A stretch of DNA of 64,000 bases from Sphagnum compactum (Eukaryota). Location: positions 24,170,213-24,234,212 of the forward strand of contig OZ234493.1 of the NCBI GenBank assembly GCA_965153455.1. The letters run 5' to 3'. Shown here one piece after another: positions 11,621-22,820 of this stretch (the stretch's first letter is position 1; the number at the start of each line of letters is the position of its first letter). The translations under genes were made by a program, and so were the position numbers. The notes under the pieces are model-generated. The model saw only the letters and a list, made by a program, of their open reading frames with translations. It was not told the DNA's origin and did not search any database.

Positions 11621-13925
11621 TCACTTCTGATATCTGAATGTAGAATCAGAGGTAGGAGAGCCCACTAGTTTAGCCATGTTAGAACTAGTGACCAGATTAC
11701 GAACGCCATCTGCAACACATGAGTTAATCGAGTGTCTCTCCAAGGTGTTGGATGAGACCCTTGTAGCATGTGGATCAGGGATTGGTAGAAGACCAAACGT
11801 AGTGTTCAGGGTATCCTTTAGTATTGCAATTATGTCCTTAGTGCTTAACTTCAAATCTTGAAAACTAAACAACAGTGTACTCACAAGCTTTTGCGCCACT
11901 TCACACATTTGAAGTTGGCACTCCATAAGCTGATCAGTGGAAAATTGTGTGTTTTCCTGATGTACGTGTACTCCTAGGACACAAAAATTTGATGCCCTAG
12001 TAGCTTTTTGTGTAGTAGTCTCCTCCCCCCTCGCCAACAAGGTGCGTTCTTTTCCGTGTTGAGAGGACGAAAAGATTATGGCATGACTACTCGAACTCCT
12101 CTAGCCTTGGTAATAGGACTTGAACTAGATGCAAGTCCATCAGTTTGAATTACTTGCCTAATGGTAGAAACTGTAGGTGCCACATTAGCCTCTTGTGCCG
12201 CGAAGTAAGAAAGGCAAAAAGAAGTGGCAAATTTTGGTGTGAAACTTAAATTATGTGCATTAAAAAGAATATACTCCCGAACCATGGCATCGTGTGAGAC
12301 GCCATAGAACGAGCTAGGAGGTCCCTCCCGTGATCTTGAACCCTGTACAGGTTGAGAATGACTAGCTGGTTGGGAAGACTTGCTTTTTAGATTAGCAAGT
12401 TGGGCCCTTAATGATTCGAGTTCATTTTGTAGAGTTTGAATTTGAGCGGCATGGGCTTGAAGCACCTCCCTCTTGTCAGCATTGTGCTCCTTCTTTTTAG
12501 CATTCTTACTAGAATTACCCTTGGTGGGGAAAGCCTGAGTGGAAGGCTGAGGTGTTTTGGCTTTTGGTTGAGGGGCAGTGGAAGATGCTGGCAGATTTTG
12601 CCATGGTAATCGAAGTTACTTTCCGTTCCGAGAACTTGACAAAGCAAACAGCTTCCTGATGTTCTTCTTTCCCACAATAATCACAAAAGAGATCCTCGAA
12701 AGGAATGTTGCAGTCACTAGATTTATGGGCAAGATTGCCATAGTAGTTGCAAGAAGGTAGGATGGGTGTAACCGAGTGCACCGATTTAGCCCTTGAAAAA
12801 GAATGTGATGATCTGGTTGGCGTAGCTGGTGGAGGCTGAGGCCATGAACATGATGGAGGCCTCATAGTACTAGCCTCATAATGTGCATGAGCTAGTTCCA
12901 GCTTTTCAAAAATGTTGTACACATCTAGCAAAGTGTACGAATCTCCAAATTCTACAAACACCCGTTGTAAAACCTACACATGGACTGTCAGAGTACTTTC
13001 CAACGAACAAAGATACCGATGGGCAACTTATAGGTCTATGATGTTCTAAGTATCCTCTTTAAGGTTGAGAAGCCTCTTATAGAACATCTTGAAGGTTTCA
13101 TCCTTCTGCCGATAGAAGGTGGCGAGTTGCAAAAAAATTCAGAACTTTTGACCGGAAATTCTAGCTCAAGAACTCGAAAGAATTCCCTCACTGGATCAGC
13201 AAAACTTGGTGCATCGATGGTGGGAGGAATGTTTGCGGTAGTAACAATGAGTTGTTCAGGAGAAAGGTTTATTGAAGTAGGTACCGGATTTGGATTATTG
13301 GGCACAATCCAATGATGTGCAATGGCAGCTTCCAGTGCAGCTTGAGAGGCGGTGGCGATGGCTGTGGCATAAGCTGGATTGGGGATTTGGGTGACGCCCA
13401 AAATCCTCGGAGAATGTTGCTCGTGGACATCCAATGCCTCATAGTGCACATAACGAACTAGTTATTTGAATGTGAATGTCTCGATGTAATTAGCGCCATA
13501 CTTGAACTCCAATTCACAAACCATGGTTGAGAAAGTTGCCTTGAACTCCCTCAAAAAAATGGTACCTGGCCTTCCGCTAAATTTCTCAATTCTCTCAGAA
13601 GAATTCCTGACCTCCATGGTGTATATGGGTGTACAGGTAACGCCTTGTAGCGAAATATATGGTGATGGTGTGAAGTTGGTGCGGCAGCAGGCGTACCCCA
13701 CTAATTAACCCTTCCAAATGGACTCTGATGTACCGTTGATGTAGTGTAACTTAAACCTAAATTCCTTATAGGAGTTGTACTAAATGACGGTGGTGTTGTA
13801 AACGCTTCATGGTACCATCGTGAAGATCGTGAGCTTAAAGAAATCGACTCAAATGATTGTGTGTTGCTTCATAGCTAATACCTTGGTTCTGGCTGAGCAG
13901 TAGTGCTCTCATCATCCGAAGACAT
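11621..13925 (-). pseudogene. gag: gag-like polyprotein region with two CCHC zinc knuckles and a coiled-coil stretch; disrupted
   Basis: Fragment IEKFSGRPGTIFLREFKATF, knuckles SCNYYGNLAHKSSDC (degenerate) and FCDYCGKEEHQEAVC (ORF 12515-12961), and coiled coil QIQTLQNELESLRAQLANLK. Candidate ATG at 13925 (MSSDDESTTAQPEP). Several stops and frameshifts. Confidence 0.75.
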
Positions 13926-14100
13926 GGTGTTCTCCCGTGCCCCAAAATTTTGTAGCAATACAGAGCACTAGTTACAAAGTTTTAACACAACATGTGGTTT
14001 GAAGAATACGGTGCGTCGACGAGGATGAACGATGACTGACGGACGTCGGTGGACAGTAGGGGCCAGACGAACGGACGTGGACGAAACTATGACAATCGTT

Positions 14101-14198
14101 GAACGGAACAAAGACGAACGTCAAATGAAACGATCTGAACCGGAACGGACCAAAGATGAACGTCAGATGAAACGATCCGAACCGGAACGGACCAAAAT
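14101..14198. repeat. 42-bp CpG-rich tandem repeat (~2.3 copies) in the element's 5' leader
   Basis: GAACGGAACAAAGACGAACGTCAAATGAAACGATCTGAACCG / GAACGGACCAAAGATGAACGTCAGATGAAACGATCCGAACCG / GAACGGACCAAAAT. Confidence 0.9.
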
Positions 14199-14740
14199 AG
14201 ATTGAAACAAAACGGAACGGAACGGACGGCGCTACAAAGCAATCCGTGTCCGTAAACTCTACAATGATGGCCTGGATGTAAATCAGTGCGTAGATGCTTA
14301 GTGGGTACTTAGTAAGCGTGAGTGAGATCGGAAGCTTAGGCTTGTAAAAGCTTGTAGTAGTAACCACCATGGGCTTTTCCGATGTCCCTTCTCCCTCGCT
14401 TAAGTTGTTCCTAATTATTGTTGTTGTTCCAATTGTAGCTGCAGTACAAGAGTAAAAAATAAAAATAAAATAACAACAACTCTAAAACACAAGAAACCAA
14501 CAAGCAAAAAAAACCCAAGAAACTCAAAGCCAGGAAAAAGCTGTCGCTTTCAACATTAAATGACATAGAGCAATTTTTCTAAAATTAAATTGAAAAGAAA
14601 GAAAGAAAACGTAGTGTATGTAAACGGTAGTCATGTAATAGTCGTCGTGAGCATCTAGAAACCAGTCTAACTATGGAGGAAAAATTTTGCTGACAAAAAA
14701 ATTCTAGAAAACTTAACATGAAAAGGGAAGAGCTTGGCTT

Positions 14741-14855
14741 TTTATATAGCCGTCAACAAGCTGAAACCCTAAACAAGCCATAACCCTAAAAGACTTAATA
14801 GCATATTGTAACCTAAAAATGTACATTAACCTTAAGCGCGTACATTAACCCTAAA
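14741..14855 (-). promoter_or_regulatory. candidate element promoter: TATA box with upstream telo-boxes
   Basis: TATATAAA on the minus strand at 14741-14748. AAACCCTA at 14764-14771 and AACCCTAA near 14782 and 14848. All lie within ~180 bp of the element's 5' end. Confidence 0.5.
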
Positions 14856-16441
14856 AGGCATGATTGACATGCCTGTAACCGCCCATCATGTAAGAGGCCA
14901 TGTATACGGGCATGACAAATTCTCTTTCATTCTTAATTTTAATTTTTTTTTTCTTTTTTTTGTATTTTTTCTTTGCTCTATTCTCACACTGTACTTACCC
15001 TTTCCTTGGCCTCTTGCAAGTTATTGTAACATTTGAAGTAAGTTTTTGTTTTCATTCTTTTGTTTCCTCTTTTCTATTTTTATTTTTTCCATTTTTCTAT
15101 TTCTTGAAGTAAAGTGTTTCTTTTTTTTATTTTTGTATTTTTTTTGATTGGATGTAGGTTTAAAGTTTGAATAAACAAGACAAATCGCATTCTTCCTTAG
15201 GTTTTTTTTTTCAATACTATAAAAATAAAAATAAATTGTTTGCTCTCTATTTCGTTTCTTTTTTTTTTAATTTATAAAAAAATGTGTTCAACTATATTCC
15301 CCTTCGTTTATTTCATTTGTTTCCATTCCTTTTTCTTCTTCTTCTTTTGTTTATGTTTGTTTCATGTTTTCCTTTTCTTCTATTTTTATTTTATCATGTT
15401 TTCATTTTTAAAATATTTTTATGTGTGTTTTTTTTTCAATTTTCTTTTTCAAAAAAATTAATGTAAAAAATTTAGTATAAATAGAGTGTTTGTTTTTAAC
15501 TTTTGTATTTTTGTTTGTTTAGATGTTGGTTTGAAGTTTGGAGAAAGAAGACAAACCTCATTATTTTTCAAGTATGGTTTATTTTCATTACTATAAGCTT
15601 GTTTTCTCTTTTTTTTGCTTTTTGATTTGTTTTTTTTTTCTTTTAAAAATATCTTTACTGTATTTCCCCATTTTTGTTTCATGTTTGAATCTTTTTGAAT
15701 CTTTTTTTCATTTTTTTCATTTTTTCTGTTTTAAAATTTAAATTTTTTTTTGTTTCTGGTTTTCTTACTAATTTTCATTTTATTTTCTATTTCTATTCTA
15801 TTTTCTGGCTTTTTTCCTTGTTTGTATTTTGTATTTTTTTGGTTTTTTTCTTTTTTGTTACAACTTTGTTTCATTTTATTTTCTTTTTAATAACTTGTGT
15901 TCTTCTTCTTTAACTTGAAATCTATTGTGTTGTTTCTTTTTTTTTCTTCTTGTTTCTCAAAAAAATTCATATTTTTTTAGTTTTAATTTTAATTTGATTT
16001 TATTTTTTAAAATTGCAAGACTACATGAGCTTTCTAAGTTTTTCAGCCTTCACATTGTAAAGGATTATTATATTTTTTACTTTTGGCTTGTCATAGTCAT
16101 TTTTTGATATGAAGGGAGTGAAAAATGAGTGCTCATGTACTTTGGAAATGTTTTGTAAATGTTTGCATGCGCACATTTTAGATTTTAGGATTTTTTTTCA
16201 AACCTTTTGTGTAAACTTGTTTTAAATCCAAGTTGTTGATATTTGAAACCGATATCTGATTGAAAAATAACAACAAATATTAGGTAGATTGATATCCTAG
16301 TTGAATAAAAAACTTAAAAATATGATATCCGGCCTAGATATTTAAATTGGAAAATAAATTCTAATATCTAGTTTAAATAAATAATTTTGACATATCCTTA
16401 TCTAACAGATATCACAAAAAGATGATATTTGCCCAACATTG

Positions 16442-16700
16442 GACCTAACCTAATGCATAGCATTGAAGAAAAGATGTCTAAAACCATTGAAGTGACAAAA
16501 TGATTAGACAACCAAAAAGCTAGGCACTTGAGCTTGGACCTATGTAGAATCTCAAACATGCATGATGAAAATCATATATTATGTCAAAAGATATGTTGGA
16601 AAATGATTACTTGTGTCACATTTCTAAAATGCTCTCTTAATATTATACTTGATAGCAAACCAAACATCAAATAATACTTGTCATTTAGATCAAGTTTGAA
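16442..16700 (-). pseudogene. upstream continuation of the same non-LTR retrotransposon ORF
   Basis: HHACLRFYIGPSSSA*L ... DIFSSMLCIRLG|LPHLVA. The frame reads through the GACCTAAC TSD once the hAT is removed. Confidence 0.65.
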
Positions 16701-19700
16701 TAGTTGAGTTCCTATTCAAATTCCCACATCTAGGGAATAGCCTAGCAACAAAAGTAAACCAATAAAATATATATTTTTTGTGCCTTGCAAGGCATATGGT
16801 TATGATGAATTGTTCAAACTATGGTGATTAATTATTTTATATATATATATATATTGGCATTTTATTTTTATTCATTACATTAATTACCTAGAGATTTCTT
16901 TTTGCATGTGCTCTTAGATTTTCTTTATATTTTATTACCATTTTCCATTACATAAATGCTTTGAATGTGTTTTTAACCTATTGATTGACTTTATCATTTT
17001 TTTGTTTATTTGTTTTTAGGATGTTTGACATTTCATGTGTTTATGTTTGTAATGAAAATTGCAAAAATAATTGTCTTTTAAACTTTGAAATGTCCGATCC
17101 TTGTGTAATTATATTTCCCTCTATGCTCACCCATTTATATCCACATGGTATATATATGATAAATGATGAAATATTCATTAAGTACCTTCACATTATGAAC
17201 AAGGTAAATGTTCATATTTAACTTTACCCTTGTCTAGATTGATGATTTTGTAAAGCCTTTATACCCAAGTATCTTTACTTGGTTTGGAAAGTTTTTGAAG
17301 CCTATATATCATTACCTTAGTTAACTAATGTCTTTTTTGAGGAAAAAGATTCCCGATATTTAACTAATCTATTAAAATCAATACACCCACCAACATTGGT
17401 ATGAATAAGCAAGTAGTCTCATAAAGATGCAGCTTTTGGGCAACAACTATTATATGTTGAAGATGTTTAAACAAAATTATCTCTAGCAAACTTTCATTAA
17501 TTGTGTGGTTCATAGCTCATGATTGGGGAAGGCAAATTTGTAGATAAAATGCAATCACAAATTCCAATTATAACCATTTCATTCTCCCTATTAGGTAGTG
17601 GTAATATCATATAAATGTGGAAATAATTTTATGGTGTGGTTGAATTTTTTTAATTTTATCCTTGTAAGAGAGTTTTGTATAACTATTTAAAAACACTTGA
17701 AACATTGAAAATTTAATAGCAAACAACATCAAAAGAATGCCAAATGAATTTGAAAAAAAAAGGCATATTATATGTTTTTAGGCAGGAAGATGGTAATCAA
17801 AATTTGATTATAAAAGATTCACAAATTCAACTGTTTACTATTGCCACAAAAAATCCCATTTTATTAGAAGGTGTGATTGATGTAAAAACTTTTTTTTTTT
17901 ACAAAAAGAATTTTGGATAAGCATGATATAAACATTATTTCATTAACAAGAAAACAATGAAAGTTGCATTCGTATCATATAAATTGATAATAGGGCTAAT
18001 GATACCATGGCTTTATCACCATTCGAAGTTAAAAAGATGAATTAGCAAGAACAAAAGGACATCAAAATTCACTATAATCATGTTCCTAACAAAAGAAAAT
18101 ATTTTTTAAATTCTAAAAGGATGGTGGATATTATATGAAAAAAATAGACATCTCTTTATAGAATCCAACAAATGTGATTGTTAGTGGTGAACTTTTACAC
18201 CCAAATTATGACACACCTGTAAAAGGCATCACTAAAGATTTCTTGCCTTTCCTAATTATTAGGGATACAACATATCCATAACAACCAGGGCATACAAATT
18301 CAATGTGTTAAGTTCGCATATTTAGCTTCATAAAACTTCACAAACATATGCACACCACTTATATCTTGAAACAAAATATAACGTTGTGTATTCACACACA
18401 CATAAACACACCCACATACATGCACAAATGTTTCCATCATTTATTATTTTATATATCATAGTTAAAGAATGTCATATCATTTCTATTGCTTGGAGAACCA
18501 CACTGATTTTCATGGCCATGAAGGTTCTTAATGCCTAACCCCATTAATTCTCTCCACTATTTCTTTATCTCCCCCTCTTCTTTTTCCATATGGTCCATCT
18601 CCCATCATACCCCCTATATCCTCCTACAAAGCCCTTTACAATTCTTACAATCTCTCTTGCATTGGTAATACGATATTTAAGCTTGGCTGTCATGTCCAGT
18701 TTGGTTACCGTCACGTTGGTTATCCTTCAGTTGGACTATTCTCATGGGTGGATGCTGAGGAATTTCAAAAACTCACAACCTTCTCAAAAAGACTCCGAAT
18801 TGAACGTTTTAAGTATTCATTTTATAGCCCTTGAAAAGAGCTTTTCAATGTCGTTTTCAATCGCGTAAATCAGAGTTGATTTGACCTCTCAAATGTCGAA
18901 AATGTGAAGTTCGGAACTCAATTCTAATCATTTTGATAGGCAATTTCGGTAGGCACATTTCAGTAGGTAATTAAATAGGCACATATGTCGGTAAACACAT
19001 ATTTTGGTACCAATCTACAACTCTCATCATCCACTAATCTGGCTAGTTATTAATCTGGTTATTTTTGGTTAACATGTAATCCATTTCCCTAATAGTGATT
19101 ATGATTCACAACTTCTTTCACAACTTCTATTTTATCCATGGAAACCATTTTGATATGGATTGGTCAAAAACAAAGTTGAACAAATAATGCAAAAAAAACC
19201 CAATCATCCATTTGGATAATTTCAGTAAATGGACATGTCATAGAATGGAACATGTTATCAAAGAAATTTGATGATTACAACACTTAAAATAGGTCCACCC
19301 AAGCAATACTAATATGATAACATGTTTTGGATGAAGAACAATAAAAACACGTTGATTTGGTTTTTAAATGGTTTGGGACAACATATCTTCATAAGTTGCA
19401 ATGGTTGGTAAATGGCTTTGCATAGTTTAAATCCTACTATGAATAGGATAGATTAATTTATTGGCCCCACAACACAATCTCCCACTGTTGTTGATTGGTC
19501 AGATTATTTAATCTATCCACTTGTTTTGTTATTAGTGGTTTGCCACTTTCAAATGTATGGTTGGGCTTGAATTATGTAAATAAGCAGTAATGAGAAATAT
19601 TTGATGGACGCCCCCAGAAATGGGTGGAGCTACTTATAGAAGGCACTTTTCAAGTAAAAGAAAAAGTCACAAATGGAAATAATGAAAGAATTATTATCTA

Positions 19701-20127
19701 AGGTGAAAAAATGAAAAATTACAAAAAATTTGATGAAGAATAAAAACAAAGAATATGGATAGAAGACACACAAGCTCGTGAGTTACTTGCAACACATTTT
19801 TATGCCACATAATTGAAAAGTGAAGATAAAGTAGTAAGAGAAAAGAAAAAACACCTTTCAAAATGGGTAGAATATATCTATGTTAGCACAAATGCTTCAA
19901 AAAGGGGGGATTACTTAAAGGTTGAAATGCATGACATCTTACACTAAGAGTAGATATAACTCCTTCACGCAAGCAAAAAGCCCAATGGGAAGAGGAGAGA
20001 ATGAAGGAGCCATGTCTGAAGGTCTGATTTGATTGTACAGTATAGATTTGCTGACAAAAATAATATTCTGTTATTATAGCAATAATCGCCCCCAGAGTTG
20101 CAAGTTGGGAAGTTCCCAACTTGATAA

Positions 20128-20395
20128 GGCCCACTTTACACTAAGAGTCAGGGCCAAAAAATCAATCTTGGGGCCAACTTTGAGCATCCTTTTTTCAGCC
20201 TTGGGGCCAATACAAGGCCATAAAAATCAGCATTTATTAGTAACTTGGGGCAGATTGATTTTTTTTATTTTTTTTTAATGTCAGCCATGACCCCTCCTCG
20301 TGTAAAGCCTCTTGAGGCTGATTTCAACTGTTGCACCAATAGGAATGCTGGATTTGGGTTGCACATTGGCCCTGACTCCTAGTGTAAAGTGGGCA
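20128..20395. mobile_element. Tourist/PIF-Harbinger-like MITE
   Basis: ~29-bp TIRs GCCCACTTTACACTAAGAGTCAGGGCCAA / TTGGCCCTGACTCCTAGTGTAAAGTGGGC, flanked by TAA and TTA. Confidence 0.75.
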
Positions 20396-21117
20396 TTAGA
20401 GTATCCTCTTTTCACACCTTGGGGCCATGTAACTGATTTGCTTGATTTGGATAGATGATGGCCTTTGACTCTAGTGTGAAAGGGAACTCAATATATGACA
20501 GATGGGGCGGCTGATTTCATTGGGTCAATGCAATCCAGGTAGACTGAATGGATGAGTAATAATGGAGGTAGGTAATAGGACAAAGCATAGCCTAGCCTAG
20601 CCGAATCCAAAAGTAGAAAGGATAATACCAGCAACCAAGCTACGATTGGTTCACAAACAGATTCTGATGTTGATTGTGTGTGTGTAGCCTACTTACACTG
20701 TATTCAGATCCACCAGGGTTATCTTTAGCCCGGGGCATTGGGAGAAGCATCAAGATCTATGTGAAAAAGACTGTGGAGGTTTTTATGGAGGGATTTATTC
20801 CAATCAATCCATTTTGTCTGCAGCTTTGAAGCTCTGAGAGAGAGACACACACACACACACAAACCACTGGCCCATGTCCTGGTGAGGAATCATCAAGTGT
20901 CGCCTATGAGTGTAGAATCTTTCCTAACCCTTTCAAACTTACTTAGCCCAGAATATATTGGACTCGGGGAGTGTTTGTGGGGGTAGTAATATCAACTAAG
21001 GTTGTACCTACCCACCATCCTTTTGCTTATCATGCAATATATGTACCTTCCCGGGTTGCTTGATCCTAAATTGATAGGGAATAGGAAAATCAGATTTCTG
21101 CTGAAATCTTATTTCCT

Positions 21118-21178
21118 ATGTTAGTGAAGTTGGAACTCCCTGAGTCCAAATAGCCGGGAGTTCCAACTTCACTAACAT
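21118..21178. repeat. perfect inverted repeat, 23-bp arms and 15-nt loop
   Basis: ATGTTAGTGAAGTTGGAACTCCC-N15-GGGAGTTCCAACTTCACTAACAT. Confidence 0.95.
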
Positions 21179-22629
21179 TGGGGGCCAGGGGGGGCTAAAT
21201 TTTATCCTGTTGGCTAGAAAAGTGGTTTTTTTGGGGGTTTTCTAGTTGCCAAATCTCGAAAGTAAGTATTTTTTGAATTTTTTTCAGATTCCTCTATTGG
21301 GATCTTGCATTTAGCCAAAAATGTGAAGGTGAGCTTAAACTTATTTGCTTTCATATCATGTTTATTGCCAAATTTGGCAAAACTGTCTGATGAATTTAGC
21401 TACAGCACAAAAATGAAAATAAGACCATTGGTCCTGACCAACTACCTTTCTCATCTATTTATGGTCATTTCATGTGTAGGGTAAATACCCATTTGATGGC
21501 ATTCACAAAATAAGGGGCCTAGATGAGGTGGTGTCCAAGTCTCACAGGGCATTTTGGGAATGTCCCCATCCATGGGCCTTACTTATGCAAAAAGCAAAAG
21601 GCAAACATTATCACAAGTGTAAACATTTGTAGATCATGAGGCACATGGGGCACTTTATGCCTACAATAGGCTTACTTACACCTACCAAGTAGGTGTACAG
21701 GTTCATTCACACCTAAAGATAAAGCAATGGGAAACGAATGTTAGATCCACATGCAGTGTTATTGATACCACTAAAATTGAGGTGTCATCTAACATTAGAA
21801 TCAATGTTGAAACAATATTTTTAAAAGGGTAAAATAATAACAAATGTGAATTGTCATGGAAAAAATTAAATTGCACTAGAAAAATGGATTTTAATTTGCC
21901 ACACTCAAAAATCAACAAAATAACTTTGTGTCAAGTTATGATTGCAAATAATTAATTGCACTTATTTTCATGCATGTGATCATATGAAATTATGTGGCAT
22001 GACAACTATAAAATTTCACGACTTTTACAAAACATTCTACAAAGCTTCACAATTCGAACAAAGTTCTTGTTGTAATCACTTCACAACTTTTTTACAAAAC
22101 TTCAAGACTTTGCCTTTGCAAAGTTTCATGAATTCACAGGACACCACTTTCACAATTCAAGCATTGCAAAGCTTCATAATAGTGTGCATTCAAGATGTTT
22201 TCATAGGAAGGTGCTAATGACTTCATCATGGAATTCAACAATGCAAAGAGTGAGAACCGAAGTACTTGCACATGATATTCATCGAACTTCAAACGAGACA
22301 CAAGTCTAGAAATGAGTTCAACTTATTAACATGGAATTTACTTGGAAATATATGGAGATTTAGATATTTGAAATTGTTATAGAAAGAATTCTTAGATCAA
22401 AAAATTCAAGAAGAGGTCATGGATCACATATGGGAATGAGAGGGGGCATAATACAAAACAAATGAAAGTTGTTGAATTGATATTGGACTCCAATTGCAAG
22501 ATGACATGTGAAAAGCACACAAAGAAGCCCCATTAACCAAAATGGGAGTATTAAAAAATCTTGTTAATTACAAAAAGAAAAGAAAAAAGGAGCACATAAT
22601 GAGATTGTACTTGGCTGATTTAAAGGACT

Positions 22630-22820
22630 AATGTTAGACCGCAACCTCCAAATGGCACAAGATTGCAATTGTGAATGCAAGTGAGCACTCACCTCTACTA
22701 TGTATGAAATGGTGTAACATGTAAAGAGCAATTTATGGAGATTTCAAGCATATCTTCAATTACATATCCTTGACATGAAATAACACATCATATTATAATC
22801 TCACCCAAAAAAAGAAAAAA
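22630..22820 (+). pseudogene. decayed Myb/SANT-like (trihelix) DNA-binding domain, of the kind found in PIF/Harbinger ORF1
   Basis: Frameshifted reading TATSKWHKIAIVNAS...NGVTCKE..AIYGDFKHIFNYI..NNTSYYNL resembles the W..I....C..KW....DFK trihelix pattern. Confidence 0.45.

Larger units (their letters stand above)
6425..14917 (-). mobile_element. Ty3/Gypsy-type retroelement carrying a C5-DNA methyltransferase and a C-terminal PHD finger; degenerate copy, no LTR pair detected
   Basis: Minus-strand domains in Gypsy order: gag zinc knuckles, protease LLDTGA, RT YIDD, RNase H, then integrase HHCC/DDE. Ends TGTCGTG (6425) and CATGACA (14917) form an imperfect inverted repeat flanked by AATT on both sides (6421-6424, 14918-14921). 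Base composition changes sharply at both ends. Confidence 0.93.
6109..16441. mobile_element. non-autonomous hAT-type DNA transposon (host of the DNMT-Gypsy insertion)
   Basis: 18-bp TIRs TAGTGTTGGGCAAATATC (6109-6126) and GATATTTGCCCAACATTG (16424-16441). Perfect 8-bp TSD GACCTAAC (6101-6108, 16442-16449). Many subterminal GATATC-like motifs. Confidence 0.88.

Noticed and set aside
13972-14370. 132-aa ORF upstream of gag
   Set aside because: It largely translates the 42-bp tandem repeat and has no domain.
6478-14545. Short matches between the element's 3' and 5' regions (GTAAACTCTAC at ~6478 and ~14252; AGCCAGGAAAA at ~6618 and ~14528) as possible LTR remnants
   Set aside because: They are only 11 bp, the flanks do not align and the spacing differs, so they are compatible with chance.
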